64,000 bases of DNA. It comes from Squalus acanthias (taxonomy: Eukaryota). Both the position numbers and the translations under genes were made by a program. Below the pieces are notes generated by a model. The model was not told the origin of the DNA, made no database searches, and saw nothing but the letters and a program-made list of their open reading frames with translations. Shown one piece after another: positions 44,898 through 60,107 of this stretch. Location: the NCBI GenBank assembly GCA_030390025.1, contig CM059432.1, positions 145,080,001 through 145,144,000 on the forward strand, read 5' to 3'. Positions within the stretch are counted from its first letter, which is position 1. Each line of letters opens with the position of its first letter.

Positions 44898-47800
44898 CGG
44901 CGCGTTGCTTCGCTCCTCTTTCACTTACTACAGAAAAAAAAACTAGAACCAAATAGCGCCTTTAACGTAGTAAAACGTCCCAAGGCGCTTCACAGGAGCG
45001 ATCATCAAACAACATTTGACACCGAGCCAGACTTTAATCAAATTTTTATGTTTCAAATGTACAACAGAAATTCTGGCAGAGTTTCATATTTGTCCAGGGC
45101 TCAAAGGGTTAACATATGAGGACAAGTTGCATAAAAGTTGGCTTGTATTCCCCCTGAGTTACGAAGGTTGAGAGGCGACCTAATTTAATCGAGACGTTTA
45201 ACATGATTAAGGGATTGGATAGGGTAGATAACAGGGAAACTATTTCCACTGGTGGGAGTGTCCAGACCCTTTAAAATTAGAGCCAGGCCGTTCAGGGGGT
45301 GATGTCAGGAAGCACTTCTTCACGCAAAGGGTCGGGGAAATCTGGAACTCTCTCCCTCAAAAGGCCGTGGCTGCTGGGGGACAGTTGGAGCTTTCAAGGC
45401 TGAGATTGATAGATTTCTGTTGGGTAAGGGTATCAAGGGATATGGAGCAAAGGCGAGTAATCAGATTGAACATCGGAACAGGCTCGAGGGGCTGAATGGC
45501 CTCCTCCTGTTCCTACGATACACAATCAGGATAGACATAGTAGACAGACAACCCATAACAGATGAGAATGGTTTACCGGCCCCAGAATGGATGGACAAGG
45601 GTTGAGGCAGAGCGGTGGTCTTGGATCCCTGCAGCCTGCGGCAGTGGTCTCTTCCTCTTTGGTCATCTCCCAAGGCTGGTGGGGGTGTTAAGCTGAAGCT
45701 AGCATGAATCCACTCCGGGGAAGCCCTTCCCCTCCCCAACCCCCGAGGAAGCCCTTCCCATCTCTGCCCCCCCCGAAACCCCCGCAGCCAGGAAGCTCTT
45801 TCCCTCTCTGCCTATTTTTCCCTTTCAGCTGCCCGTTTATATACCTTATTTTGGGGGGTCAGTGGATACCTCACGTCAATCATTTGTTACCCATTCAATT
45901 GTCCAATTAAAGGGGAATAAGTACCTATGGCAGATCCCTCCCAGACTCATGAGGTCATTCCTCTGCTTATCTCCTGTTTGGACATCTTGCACTTTCTCCT
46001 AGACAGTTTGTTTATCATAAGGATCCTTACTCGACCGCTTATCAGGCCTAGCTATGGCTGCATGAAGGCCTGTTTCTGCGTTATGCCCTTGTAAACGACC
46101 TCAGTTCTTTGTGCAACTCCTTATCTGATATGATTGGTTTCTTCTGTGTCATCAGCTTATCCTGGCTGCTGAGCTAGGCAAAACCATTTCTTTTATAAAA
46201 CCATTATTTCTTTTACAATTCATAATTTCTTGCCATTCACGATTTCTGACAACACTAATCCAGGTCAAAATTAATTGATACTGGAAATATATGGGCGAAT
46301 AAATGAGAATCCCAGCACGATTTGTTAAAGGCAAATTGTGTGTAACTAACTTGATTGAGTTCCTTGATGAAGTAACACAAAGGGTTGACCAGGGTAGTGC
46401 GGTTGATGTTGTCCATATGGGCTTTCAAAAGGCGTTTGATAAAGTACCACATAATAGATTTGTTAGCAAAATTGAAGCCCATGGGATTAAAGGGATAGTG
46501 ACTGCATGGATAAGAAATTGGCTAAGGGACAGAAAGCAGTGGTGAATGAAAACAGAAAATGGTGGAAATACTCAGCAGGTCAGGCAGCATCTGTGGAGAG
46601 AGAAACAGAGTTAACATTTCAGTTCAATGACCATTCATTAGAACTGATGGTGAATGGTTGTTTTTCAGACTGGAGGGAAGTGTGCAGTGGTAGAAACATA
46701 GAAACATAGAAAAATAGGAGCAGGAGTAGGACATTCGGCCCTTCTAGCCTGCTCCGCCATTCAATATGATCATGGCTGATCCTCTATCTCAATACCATAT
46801 TCCCGCTCTCTCCCCATACCCCTTGACGCCTTTTGCGTCTAGAAATCGGTCTATCTTCTTCCACAGAATTCCAGAGGTTTACCACCCTCTGAGTGAAGAA
46901 ATTTCTCCTCATCTCAGTCCTAAATGTCCTACCCTGTATCCTGAGATTGTGACTCCTCGTTCTAGAGCCCCCAGCCAGGGGAAACATCCTCCCTGCATCC
47001 AGTCTGTCTAGCCCTGTCAGAATGTTATATGTTTCAATGAGATCCCCTCTCATTCTTCTAAACTTTAGTGATTACAGGCCTAGTCGACCCAATCTCTCCT
47101 CATACGACAGTCCTGCCATCCCAGGAATCAGTCTGGTGAACCTTCGCTGCACTCCCTCTACGCAAGTATATCCTTTCTTAGGTAAGGAGACCAAAACTGC
47201 ACACAGTACTCCAGGTGTGGTCTCACCAAGGCCCTGTAAAACTGTAGTAAGACATTCTTGCTCCTGTACTCAAATCCTCTTGCAATGAAGGCCAACATAC
47301 CATTTGCCTTCCTAACTGCTTGCTGCACCTGCATGTTTGCTTTCAGTGACTGGTGTACAAGGACACTCAGGTCCCTTTGTACATCAACATTTCCCAATCT
47401 ATCACCATTTAAATAATATTCTGCCTTTCTGTTTTTCCTACCGAAGTGGATAACTTCACATTTATCCACGTTATACTGCATCTGCCATGTATTTGCCCAC
47501 TCACTCAACTTGTCTAAATCGCCTTGAAGCCTCTTTGCATCCTCCTCACAACTCACAGTCCCACCTAGTTTTGTGTCATCAGCAAACTTGGAAATATTAC
47601 ATTTGGTTCCCTCATCCAAATCATTGATATATATTATGAATGGCTGGGGCCCAAGCACTGATCCCTGCAGTACCCCACTAGTCATCACCTGCCACCCCGA
47701 AAAAGACCCATTTATTCCTACTCTCTGTTTCCTGTCTGTTATCCAATTTTCAATCCATGCCAGTATATTACCCCCATCCCATGTGCTTTAATTTTGCACA

Positions 47801-50800
47801 CTAACCTCTTATGTGGGACTTTATCAAAGGCCTTCTGAAAATCCAAATGCACCACATCCACTGGCTCTCCCTTATCTATTCTACCAATTACATCCTCAAA
47901 AAACTCCAGTAGGTTTGTCAAACACGATTTCCCTTTCATAAATCCATGTTGACTTTGTCTAATCCCGTTGATATTTTCTAAGTGTCCTGTTATCACATCC
48001 TTTATAATAGAGTCTAGCATTTTCCCTACTATGATGTTAGGCTAACCGGTCTGTAGTTCCCTGCTTTCTCTCTCCCTCCTTTTTTAAATAGTGGGGTTAC
48101 ATTTGCCACCCTCCAATCTGCAGGAACTGTCCATAATCTATAGAATTTTGGAAGATGACAACCAATGCATCCACTATTTCCATGGCTACCTCTTTTAGTA
48201 CTGTGGGATGCAGATTATCAGGGCCTAGGGATTTATTGGTTTTCAGTCCCATTAATTTCTCCAGCACTATTTTTTTACTAATACTAATTTCCTTTAATTC
48301 CTCCTTCTCACTGGACCCTTGGTTCCTTAGCATTTCTGGAAAGTTATTTGTGTCTCTTCAGTGAAGACAGAACCACAGTATTTGTTTAATTGCTCAGCCA
48401 TTTCCTTGTTCCCCATTATAAATTCTCCCGTTTCTGACTGTAAGGGACCTACATTTGTCTTCACTAATCTTTCTCTTTTTACATACTTGTAGAAGCTTTT
48501 ACAGTCCACTTTTGTGTTCCTTGCAAGTTGACTCTCATACCCGATTTTTCCCCTCTTAATCAATCCCTTGGTCCTTTTTTGCTGAACTCTAAACTGCTCC
48601 CAATCCTCAGGCTTGCTACTTTTTCTGGTAACTTGATATGACTCCTCTTTGGATCTAATTCTATCCTTAATTTCTTTTGTTAGCCATGGTTGGGCCACTT
48701 TTCCTTTTGTGTTTTTGCACCAGAAAGGAATGTATAACTGTTGCAATTCATGCATTCGTTCCTTAAATATTATCCATTGCCTATCCACCATCATGCCTTT
48801 TAATGAAGCTCCCCAATCTATCATAGCCAACTCCCTCCTCATACCTTCGTTGTTTCCTTTGTTTAGATTTAGGGCCCTAGTTTAGAATTGGACTACTTCA
48901 CTTTCCATCATAATGAAGGTGTTCTCCAGGGGACCACTGCTCTTTTTGAGATATATTAATGACCTGGATCGTGCCATAATTTCAAAGTTTTCAGATGACA
49001 AAAAACTCAGAAATGTAGTAAACAGTGAGGAGGATAGTAACAGACTTCAGGAGGACATAGACAGACTGGTGAAACGGGCAGACACAAGGCAGATGAAATT
49101 TAATGCAGATAAGTGTGAAGTGATTCATTTTGGTAGGAAGAATCAGGAGAGGCAATATGAACTAAATGGTACAATTTTAAAGGGGGGGGAACAGAGAGAC
49201 CTGGGAATGTATGTACACATGTCTTTGAAGGTGGCAGGACAAGTTGAGAAGGCTGTTAAAAAAGCATATGGGATCCTTGATGTTATAAATAGAGGCATAG
49301 AGTACAACAGAAAGGATGTTATGCTAAACTTTTATAAAACACAGCATAGGCCCCAAATTATTGTGGCCGATTCTGGGCACCACACTTTAAGAAGGATGTC
49401 AAGGCCTTAAAGAAGGTGCAAAGGAGATTTACTAGAACAGTAATAGGGATGAGGGACTTCAGTTACGTGGAGAGACTGGAGAAGCTGGGCTGTTCTCCTT
49501 CGAGCAGAGAAGGTTAAGGGGAGATTTAATAGAGATGTTCAAAATCATGAAGGGTTTTGATAAAATAAGAAGGAATAGTTTCCAGTGGCAGAAGGGTCCG
49601 TAACCAGAGGACACAGATTTAAGGTAATTGGCAAAAGAACCATGAGGGAAAAAAATTACACAGCATGTTGTTGTGATCTGGAATGCAATGCCTGTAAGGG
49701 TGGTGGAAGCAGATTCAATAATTTTCAAAATTGAATTGGATAAATACTTGAAGGGGAAAAATCTACAGTGCTATGGGGAAAGAGCAGGGGAGTAGGACTA
49801 ATTGGATAGCTCTTTCAAAGAGCTGGCACAGGCACGATGGGCCAAATGGCATATATCTGTGCTGTAAGATTCTATGATGCATCAACAATTGGAATAGATG
49901 TACCATGCATATCACAGTCTCTCCTCTTGAGCTTTGCAGAGCCACAGTAACACACAGGGGGCACTCACCACAACCCCCACTAGTTGGACTATTTTCAAGA
50001 CAGTGAGTAGCTCTGGATCCCCAGGTGAATCTGTTAGCAACACATTACTGGGAACAAAAATAAACTTTCATTTCGAAAGGCATGGGTTAATCAAGGAGAG
50101 CCAGCATGGATTTGTTAAAGGTAAATCGTGTCTGACTAACTTGATTGAATTCTTTGATGAGGTAACAGAGACGGTTGATCAAGGTAGTGCAGTTGTGTAT
50201 CTGGACTTTTGGAAAGCATTCCCTTTTGTTCACTCCTGGTGCAGAGCCTCACCAGTTGGGAGCTCATATCTAGAAATCCTGTCTGGGCTGCCCATGGTTT
50301 TCCATCTATCAAAGTGAATGGGAATGCAAACAGGAAGTTACCTTCAAGTGTTTAGAAAGTGTCACGTGTCCAAATACCGATCAAAAACAACAACTTGCAT
50401 TGATATTGCTCCTTGAGCAGGAAAACACGTCCCAAGTTGCTTACAGGAGCGTTATTATACACCTACCAGTCTTAATCAATTAGACAACATCATTGCCCAT
50501 TGGTGTGGGATCTTGGCGAAGTTGGCTTCTCCCTCCCCAATTCACAAGGACAGCTCTTCCCTTAACCACCTCTCCCCATCCACAAGGGCTCTCTCTCCCC
50601 TTAACCGCCAACTCCCCCAACTGTTCAGAGCACGCACTCGCCTTGAGCACGATCCTTGGTGGCGGGTGCTCGCCATAGTTCAGCGAGGTCTATCTGGTCA
50701 CTTGCTGCAGCGTTTCATGCCCGGAGCAGCGGGATCTCAGAGCGGGGAGGAGGCCGCGGCGATGGAGCAGCATAGAGCGGGAGCGGCAACTTTCAGCGGG

Positions 50801-51469
50801 CAGCTTCTGAACGCGGAAACCCACACACACCGTGCCCAAGAACATGGAATGGGAGCTCGGGCAGGAGTTACCGACCCGAACAGACCCTGCTCAGCTAAGC
50901 AGGAGCCCACACACACACACAGAGCTTTTACACTGGGGCGCTGTGGAGGAGGGAAGGGTTCGGTGGGAAAGTAAAAATCACAACAAAAATACCTTTAATT
51001 CAGATAAATGCGGGTTCAGAGCATCTACTTCCTTGTCAAATGTAAATTCAAATATGTCAGGGATCTAACACTGGGGAGAGTGAAACAAATTCACTGTGAA
51101 GTTTGATCCAGTCTTGGGAGAAAGGTTTTCCTCCTCGCCCCTGTCTGACTGCACACATCTCCCAGCTGCTGCAACCAAACAGGATAACTCGGCGCAATTC
51201 GTTTCTGATTTTAAAAGTGAGCAATCCTAAATTGAATTTTGAATTCACAATTTCCGCGAGTGTGAAAGCAATGTGCGAGGTGACTATCGCACAGAGAGTA
51301 ACTAACGGTCTCACATTTTATAATGTGGGAGGGGGGACTGTAAACTGGGCGGGTTTTATGCCGACAGGAAATTCGCAGCCTCGGCCTGATAGGGGAGGGG
51401 GACTCGGGTCCTTCACATTGTTATCAGTGGGGACTAACCGAGTAACGAGGGAGACTTGGTCACTGCACG

Positions 51470-51892
51470 ATGTTCTGGGTGATTGTGGTGTTATTTTTAC
51501 CCTGTACGTGTTTCTATTTTTTAAAATGTTATTTATGTCCATTCATTGTGCAGCAAATGTTCAGCATTTTCAAATCAGGTCATTTTGTGCATTTTTTCCA
51601 GGTGGGTGTTTTGCTCAGACTTTGACACAGACTCCAATATCGATTACAAAGGTGGCCACTAAAAGTGCCAGATTTCAGTGTGCGTTCAGTGGAGGGAGCA
51701 ACACAATCCACTGGTACCAGCAAAGGCCGGGTCAGGCGCCCGCCAGAATACTCTATTATGGAAACAGCGCCATTCGGGATCCGGAATTCAGCTCCCGGTT
51801 CAACGCAGATAAGGAAGACGATGTGTGCACTTTAATAATTAATAACATCGCGAAGAATGACACTGCCACGTATTACTGTGCCTATTGGGACA
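51470..51892 (+). CDS. TRGV: Intact TCR V segment V7: leader 51470-51503, V exon 51602-51892
   Basis: As V3; leader MFWVIVVLFLP, CAFSGGSNT, YGNS, NADKEDD. Confidence 0.93.
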
Positions 51893-51931
51893 CACAGTGC
51901 TCAACAGAGGCAGAAACCCTTGACAAAAACC
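51893..51931 (+). other. Canonical 23-RSS (V7)
   Basis: CACAGTG + 23 nt + ACAAAAACC. Confidence 0.95.
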
Positions 51932-52400
51932 CGGCGCTTTGGCTCGCTCCTCTTTCACTTCCCACACAAGAAAAAACTAGAACCAAATAGCGCCTTTAAC
52001 GTAGTAAAACGTCCCAAGGCGCTTCACAGGAGCGATCATCAAACAACATTTGACACCGAGCCAGACTTTAATCAAACTTTTATGTTTCAAATGTACAACA
52101 GAAATTCTGGCAGAGTTTCATATTTGTCCAGGGCTCAAAGGGTGAACATATGAGGATAAGTTGCATAAAAGTTGGCTTGTATTCCCCCCTGAGTTACGAA
52201 GGTTGAGAGGCGACCTAATTTAATCGATATATTTAACTTGATTAAGGGATTGGATAGGGAGAGTCCAGAACCTTTAAAATTAGCGCCAGGCCGTTCAGGG
52301 GGTGATGTCAGGAAGCACTTCTTCGCACAAAGGGTCGGGGAAATCTGGAACTCTCTCCCTCAAAAGGCCGTGGCTGCTGGGGGACAATTGGAGCTTTCAA

Positions 52401-52802
52401 CATAGAAACATAGAAACTTGGAGCAGGAGTAGGCCATTCGGCCCGTCGAGCCTGCTCCACCATTCAATACGATCATGGCTGATCATCCAAATCCAGTGCC
52501 CTGTCCCTGCTTTCTCACACAGAATCCCCATCGAGCCTGCACCAACACATATCCCACCCTATCCCTGTAACCCCACGTATTTAATTCCCCCCTAACACTA
52601 AAGGTCAATTTATCATAGCCAAATCAACCTAACCAGCACATTTTTGGACTGTGGGAGGAAACCGGAGCACCCGGAGAAAACCCACGCAGACACGGGGAGA
52701 ATGTGCAAACTCCACACAGACAGTCACCCGAGGCCAGGTTCGAACCTGGGTTCCTGGCGCTGTGAGGCAGCAGTGCTAACCACTATGCCACCGTGTTGCC
52801 CT
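52401..52802 (-). mobile_element. Full-length tRNA-derived V-SINE (HE1-like) with CR1-derived 3' tail
   Basis: Minus strand GGGCAACACGGTGGCATAGTGGTTAGC (A box), GGTTCGAACC (B box), V-domain-like core (GTGGGTTTTCTCCGGGTGCTCCGGTTTCCTCCCACA), CR1-like tail; absent from other units. Confidence 0.85.
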
Positions 52803-55795
52803 AGGCTGAGATTGATAGATTTCTGTTGGGTAAGGGTATCAAGGGATATGGAGCAAAGGCGAGTAATCAGATTGAACGGCGGAACAGCCTCGAGGGGCTG
52901 AATGGCCTCCTCCTGTTCCTACGATACACAATCAGGATAGACATAGTAGACATACAACCCATAACAGATGAGAACGGTTTACCGGCCCCGGAATGAATGG
53001 ACAAGGGTTGAGGCAGAGCGGTGGTCTTGGATCCCTGCAGCCTGCGGCAGTGGTCTCTTCCTCTTTGGTCATCTCCCAAGGCTGGTGGGGGTGTTAAGCT
53101 GAAGCTAGCATGAATCCACTCCGGGGAAGCCCTTCCCCTCCCCAACCCCCGAGAAAGCCCTTCCCATCTCTGCACCCCCCCTCACCCCCTCCGGCCGGGA
53201 AGCTCTTTCCTTCTCTGCCTGTTTTTCCCTTTCAGCTGCCCGTTTATATACCTTATTTTGGGGGGTCAGTGGATACCTCACGTCAATCATTTGTTACCCA
53301 TTCAATTGTCCAATTACAGGGGAATAAGTACCTATGGCAGATCCCTCCCAGACTCATGAGGTCATTCCTCTGCTTATCTCCTGTTTGGACATCTTGCACT
53401 TTCTCCGAGACAGTTTGTTTATCATAAGGATCCTTACTCGACCGCTTATCAGGCCTAGCTATGGCTGCATGAAGGCCTGTTTCTGCGTTATGCCCTTGTA
53501 AACAACCTCAGTTCTTTGTGCAACTCCTTATCTGATATGATTGGTTTCTTCTGTGTCATCAGCTTATCCTGGCTGCTGAGCTAGGCAAAACCATTTCTTT
53601 TATAAAAACCATTATTTCTTTTACAATTCATAATTTCTTGCCATTCACGATTTCTGACAACACTAATCCAGGTCAAAATTAATTGACACTGGAAATATAT
53701 GGGCAAATAAATGAGAATCCCAGCACGATTTGTTAAAGGCAAATTGTGTGTAACTAACTTGATTGAGTTCCTTGATGAAGTAACATAGAGGGTTGACCAG
53801 GGTAGTGCGGTTGATGTTGTATATATGGGCTTTCAAAAGGCGTTTGATAAAGTACCATATAATAGATTTGTTAGCAAAATTGAAGCCCATGGGATTAAAG
53901 GGATAGTGACTGCATGGATAAGAAATTGGCTAAGGGACAGAAAGCAGTGGTGAATGAAAACAGAAAATGGTGGAAATACTCAGCAGGTCAGGCAGCATCT
54001 GTGGAGAGAGAAACAGAGTTAACATTTCAGTTCAATGACCATTCATCAGAACTGATGTTGAATGGTTGTTTTTCAGACTGGAGGGAAGTGTGCAGTGGTA
54101 GAAACATAGAAACATAGAAAAATAGGAGCAGGAGTAGGTCATTCGGCCCTTCGAGCCTGCTCCGCCATTCAATATGATCATGGCTGATCCTCTATCTCAA
54201 TACCATATTCCCGCTCTCTCCCCATACCCCTTGACACCTTTTGCGTCTAGAAATCGATCTATCTTCTTCTTAAATATATTCAGTGACTTGGCCTCCACAG
54301 CCTTCTGTAGTAGAGAATTCCACAGGTTCACCACCCTCTGAGTGAAGAAATTTCTCCTCATCTCAGTCCTAAATGTCCTACCCCATATCCTGAGATTGTG
54401 ACCCCTCATTCTAGAGCCCCCAGCCAGGGGAAAGATCCTCCCTGCATCCAGTCTGTCTAGCCCTGTCAGAATATTATACGTTTCAATGAGATCCCCTCTC
54501 ATTCTTCTAAACTCTAGTGAATACAGGCCTATTCAACCCAATCTCTCCTCATACAACAGTTGTGCCATCCCAGGAATCAGTCTGGTGAACCTTCGCTGCA
54601 CTCCCTCTACGCAAGTATATCCTTTCTTAGGTAAGGAGACCAAAACTGCACGCAGTACTCCAGGTGTGGTCTCACCAAGGCCCTGTAAAACTGTAGTAAG
54701 ACATTCTTGCTCCTTTACTCAAATCCTCTTGCAATGAAGGCCAACATACCATTTGCCTTCCTAACTGCTTGCTGCACCTGCATGTTCGCTTTCAGTGACT
54801 GGTGTACAAGGACACTCAGGTCCCTTTGTACATCAACATTTCCCAATCTATCACCATTTAAATAATACTCTGCCTTTCTGTTTTTCCTACCGAAGTGGAT
54901 AACTTCACATTTATCCACGTTATACTGCATCTGCCATGTATTTGCCCACTCACTCAACTTGTCTAAATCGCCTTGAAGCCTCTTTGTATCCTCCTCACAA
55001 CTCACAGTCCCACCTAGTTTTGTGTCATCAGCAAACTTGGAAATATTACATTTGGTTCCCTCATCCAAATCATTGATATATATTGTGAATAGCTGGGCCC
55101 AAGCACGGATCCCTGCAGTACCCCACTAGTCATCACCTGCCACCCCGAAAAAGACCCATTTATTCCTACTCTCTGTTTCCTGTCTGTTATCCAATTTACA
55201 ATCCATGCCAGTATATTACCCCCAATCCCATGTGCTTTAATTTTGCACACTAACCTCTTATGTGGAACTATATCAAAGGCCTTCTGAAAATCCAAATACA
55301 CCACATCCACTGGTTCTCCCTTATCTATTGTACCAGTTACATCCTCAAAAAACTCCAGTAGGTTTGTCAAACACGATTTCCCTTTCATAAATCCATGTTG
55401 AATTTGTCTAATCCCGTTAATATTTCCCAAGTGTCCTGTTATCACATCCTTTTTAATAGAGTCTAGCATTTTCCCTACTATGATGTTAGGCTAACCGGTC
55501 TGTAGTTCCCTGTTTTCTCTCTCCCTCCTTTTTTAAATAGTGAGGTTACATTTGCCACCCTCCAATCTGCAGGAACTGTTCCATAATCTATAGAATTTTG
55601 GAAGATGACAACCAATGCATCCACTATTTCCATGGCTACCTCTTTTAGTACTCTGGGATGCAGAATATCAGTGCCTAGGGATTTATCGGCTTTCAGTCCC
55701 ATTAATTTCTCCAGCACTATTTTTTTACTAATACTAATTTCCTTTAATTCCTCCTTCTCACTAGACCCTTGGTTCCTTAGCATTTCTGGAACGTT

Positions 55796-56561
55796 GGCCC
55801 GAAAATTAAAGCTAATACGCGAGAGTACGCATTGTGTACTCTCGCGTATTAGATTCCAAATTGCCGGTTTCCTGCATGCACTGCGCATGCGCGGGAAACC
55901 GGCACTTCGTGAATTGAAAAGGGGGCGGTTCCTAAGTGAACCGCGTGCGCACTACAGGTTGTGCGCACGCAGTGCACTTAGTTTTTTTTTCAGCTTTGAA
56001 CGCGCAGGTAAGTGGTGAAGATTTTACACATTATGAAAGCAGGCGTAGGACCCCCTTTTAACAAGGTAAGTAGTTAATTAAGTGTTATTTTAAAATTTTT
56101 TCAACAGGTTTATCTTTTTTAGAGACTTTAAAGAAAGGTAAGTTTATTTTTATAACTTTTAAAAAGATTTTTAATTTTTTCAAAAATTTAATTTTTTATT
56201 TAAAGTGGTTAATTTATTTAACTATACTTATTTTATTAATGTGATGGCTTTTTAAAAAAAAATTAATTGAGGTTTAGCTGTTCTTCTGGGGGATTGTAGT
56301 ATTCATAGCGTTGACAGCTCTTGCCGTCAAAACTATGAATGAAAGATGGTGTGCTGCCAATGGCTCTAACTGAATCACGTGATCCCAGAGCTCGCACGAA
56401 CTAATTGCGCCTCTGGGATATGCACACACTACGCGGTTGCAACAAGAAGAGGCTCTGAAACTAAAGTCCGTGTGGGCCCCAAACAAAAAGGTAGGCGCGG
56501 AGTGCGATATCGCGGGGAATCCTTACCCCCGCGGGAACCAACCCTGTTTAATTTCTGGGCC
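55796..56561. mobile_element. Harbinger-like MITE (766 bp), independent insertion
   Basis: TIR GGCCCGAAAATTAAA/TTTAATTTCTGGGCC, 3-bp TSD GTT; homologous to 14818-15561 but at a different site. Confidence 0.85.
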
Positions 56562-59500
56562 GTTATTTGTGTCCTGTTCCGTGAAGACATTTGTTTAATT
56601 GCTCAGCCATTTCCTTGTTCCCCATTATAAATTCTCCCGTTTCTGAATGTAAGGGACCTACATTTGTCTTCACTAATCTTTTTCTTTTTACACACTTGTA
56701 GAAGCTTTTACAGTCCGCTTTTATGTTCCTTGCAAGTTGACTCTCATACTCGATTTTTCCCCTCTTAATCAATCCCTTGGTCCTTTATTGCTGAACTCTA
56801 AACTGCTACCAATCCTCAGGCTTGCTACTTTTTCTGGTAACTTGATATGACTCCTCTTTGGATCTAATTCTATCCTTAATTTCTTTTGTTAGCCATGGTT
56901 GGGCCACTTTTCCTTTTGTGTTTTTGCGCCAGTAAGGAATGTATAACTGTTGCAATTCATGCATTCGTTCCTTAAATGTTAGCCATTGCCTATCCACCAT
57001 CATGCCATTTAATGAAGCTCCACAATCTATCATAGCCAACTCCCTCCTCATACCTTTGTAGTTTCCTTTGTTTAGATTTAGGGCCCTAGTTTTGGATTGG
57101 ATTACATCACTTTCCATCTTAATGAAGGTGTTCTCCAGGGGACCACTGCTCTTTTTGATATATATTAATGACCTGGATCGTGCCATAATTTCAAAGCTTT
57201 CAGATGACAAAAAACTCAGAAATGTAGTAAACAGTGAGGAGGATAGTAACAGACTTCAGGAGGACATAGACAGACTGGTGAAACGGGCAGACACAAGGCA
57301 GATGAAATTTAATGCAGAGAAGTGTGAAGTGATTCATTTTGGTAGGAAGAATGAGGAGAGGCAATATGAACTAAATGGTACAATTTTAAAGGGGGGGGGG
57401 GAACAGAGAGACCTGGGAGTGTATGTACACATGTCTTTGAAGGTGGCAGGACAAGTTGAGAAGGCTGTTAAAAAAGCATATGGGATCCTTGATGTTATAA
57501 ATAGAGGCATAGAGTACAACAGAAAGGATGTTATGCTAAACTTTTATAAAACACAGCATAGGCCCCAAATTATTGTGGCCAATTCTAGGCACCACACTTT
57601 AAGAAGGATGTCAAGGCCTTAAAGAAGGTGCAAAGGAGATTTACTAGAACAGTAATAGGGATGAGGGACTTCAGTTACGTGGAGAGACTGGAGAAGCTGG
57701 GCTGTTCTCCTTCGAGCAGAGAAGGTTAAGGGGAGATTTAATAGAGATGTTCAAAATCAAGAAGTGTTTTGATAAAATAAGGAATAGTTTCCAGTGGCAG
57801 AAGGGTCCGTAACCAGAGGCCACAGATTTAAGGTAATTGGCAAAAGAACCATGAGGGAAAAAAATTACACAGCATGTTGTTGTGATCTGGAATGCAATGC
57901 CTGTAAGGGTGGTGGAAGCAGATTCAATAATTTTCAAAATTGAATTGGATAAATACTTGAAGGGGAAAAATCTACAGTGCTATGGGGAAAGAGCAGGGGA
58001 GTAGGACTAATTGGATAGCTCTTTCAAAGAGCTGGCACAGGCACGATGGGCCAAATGGCATATATCTGTGCTGTAAGATTCTATGATGCATCAACAATTG
58101 GAATAGATGTACCATGCATATCACAGTCTCTCCTCTTGAGCTTTGCAGAGCCACAGTAACACACAGGAGGCACTCACCACAACCCCCACTAGTTGGACTA
58201 TTTTCAAGACAGTGGGTAGCTCTGGATCCCCAGGTGAATCTGTTAGCAACACATTACTGGGAACAAAAATAAACTTTCATTTCGAAAGGCATGGGTTAAA
58301 TCAAGGAGAGCCAGCATGGATTTGTTAAAGGTAAATCGTGTCTGACTAACTTGATTGAATTATTTGATGAGGTAACAGAGACGGTTGATCAAGGTAGTGC
58401 TGTTGTGTATCTGGACTTTTGGAAAGCATTCCCTTTTGTTCACTCCTGGTGCAGAGACTCACCAGTTGGGAGCTCATATCTAGAAATCCTGTCTGGGCTG
58501 CCCATGGTTTTCCATCTATCAAAGTGAATGGGAATGCAAACAGGAAGTTACCTTCAAGGGTTTAGAAAGTGTCACGTGTCCAAATACCGATCAAAAACAA
58601 CAACTTGCATTGATATTGCTCCTTGAGCAGGAAAACACGTCCCAAGTTGCTTACAGGAGCGTTATTATACACCTACCAGTCTTAATCAATTAGACAACAT
58701 CATTGCCCATTGGTGTGGGATCTTGGCTTAGTTGGCTTCTCCCTCCCCAATTCACAAGGACAGCTCTTCCCTTAACCACCTCTCCCCATCCACAAGGGCT
58801 CTCTGTCCCCTTAACCGCCAACTCCCCCAACTGTTCAGAGCACGCACTCGCCTTGAGCACGATCCTTGGTGGCGGGTGCTCGCCATAGTTCAGCGAGGTC
58901 TATCTGGTCACTTGCTGCAGCGTTTCATGCCCGGAGCAGCGGGATCTCAGAGCGGGGAGGAGGCCGCGGCGATGGAGCAGCATAGAGCGGGAGCGGCAAC
59001 TTTCAGCGGGCAGCTTCTGAACGCGGAAACCCACACACACCGTGCCCAAGAACATGGAATGGGAGCTCGGGCAGGAGTTACCGACCCGAACAGACCCTGC
59101 TCAGCTTAGCAGGAGCCCACACACACACACACAGAGCTTTTACACTGGGGCGCTGTGGAGGAGGGAAGGGTTCGGTGGGAAAGTAAAAATCACAACAAAA
59201 ATACCTTTAATTCAGATAAATGCGGGTTCAGAGCATCTACTTCCTTGTCAAATGTAAATTCAAATATGTCAGGGATCTAACACTGGGGAGAGTGAAACAA
59301 ATTCACTGTGAAGTTTGATCCAGTCTTGGGAGAAAGGTTTTCCTCCTCGCCCCTGTCTGACTGCACACATCTCCCAGCTGCTGCAACCAAACAGGATAAC
59401 TCGGCGCAATTCGTTTCTGATTTTAAAAGTGAGCAATCCTAAATTGAATTTTGAATTAACAATTTCCGCGATTGTGAAAGCAATGTGCGAGGTGACTATC

Positions 59501-59681
59501 GCACAGAGAGTAACTAACGGTCTCACATTTTATAATGTGGGAGGGGGGACTGTAAACTGGGCGGGTTTTATGCCGACAGGAAATTCGCAGCCTCGGCCTG
59601 ATAGGGGAGGGGGACTCGGGTCCTTCACATTGTTATCAGTGGGGACTAACCGAGTAACGAGGGAGACTTGGTCACTGCACG

Positions 59682-60107
59682 ATGTTCTGGGTGATTGTGG
59701 TGTTATTTTTACCCTGTACGTGTTTCTATTTTTTTTAAATGTTATTTATGTCCATTCATTGTGCAGCAAATGTTCAGCATTTTCAAATCAGGTCATTTTG
59801 TGCATTTTTTCCCAGGTGGGTGTTTTGCTCAGACTTTGACACAGACTCCAATATCGATTACAAAGGTGGCCACTAAAAGTGCCAGATTTCAGTGTGCGAT
59901 CAGTGGAGGGAGCAACACAATCCACTGGTACCAACAAAGGCCGGGTCAGGCGCCCGCCAGAATACTCTATTATGGAAACAGCGCCATTCGGGATCCGGAA
60001 TTCAGCTCCCGGTTCAACGCAGATAAGGAAGACGATGTGTGCACTTTAATAATTAATGACATCGCGAAGAATGACACTGCCACGTATTACTGTGCCTATT
60101 GGGACAG
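59682..60107 (+). CDS. TRGV: Intact TCR V segment V8: leader 59682-59715, V exon 59816-60107
   Basis: As V3; YGNS, NADKEDD; coding end one nt longer (TGGGACAG). Confidence 0.93.

Larger units (their letters stand above)
38620..45519 (+). repeat. Tandem unit 4
   Basis: Same architecture; deletion in the LTR part at ~38670 shared with unit 7. Confidence 0.9.
45520..52925 (+). repeat. Tandem unit 5
   Basis: Same architecture; private SINE insertion at 52401. Confidence 0.9.
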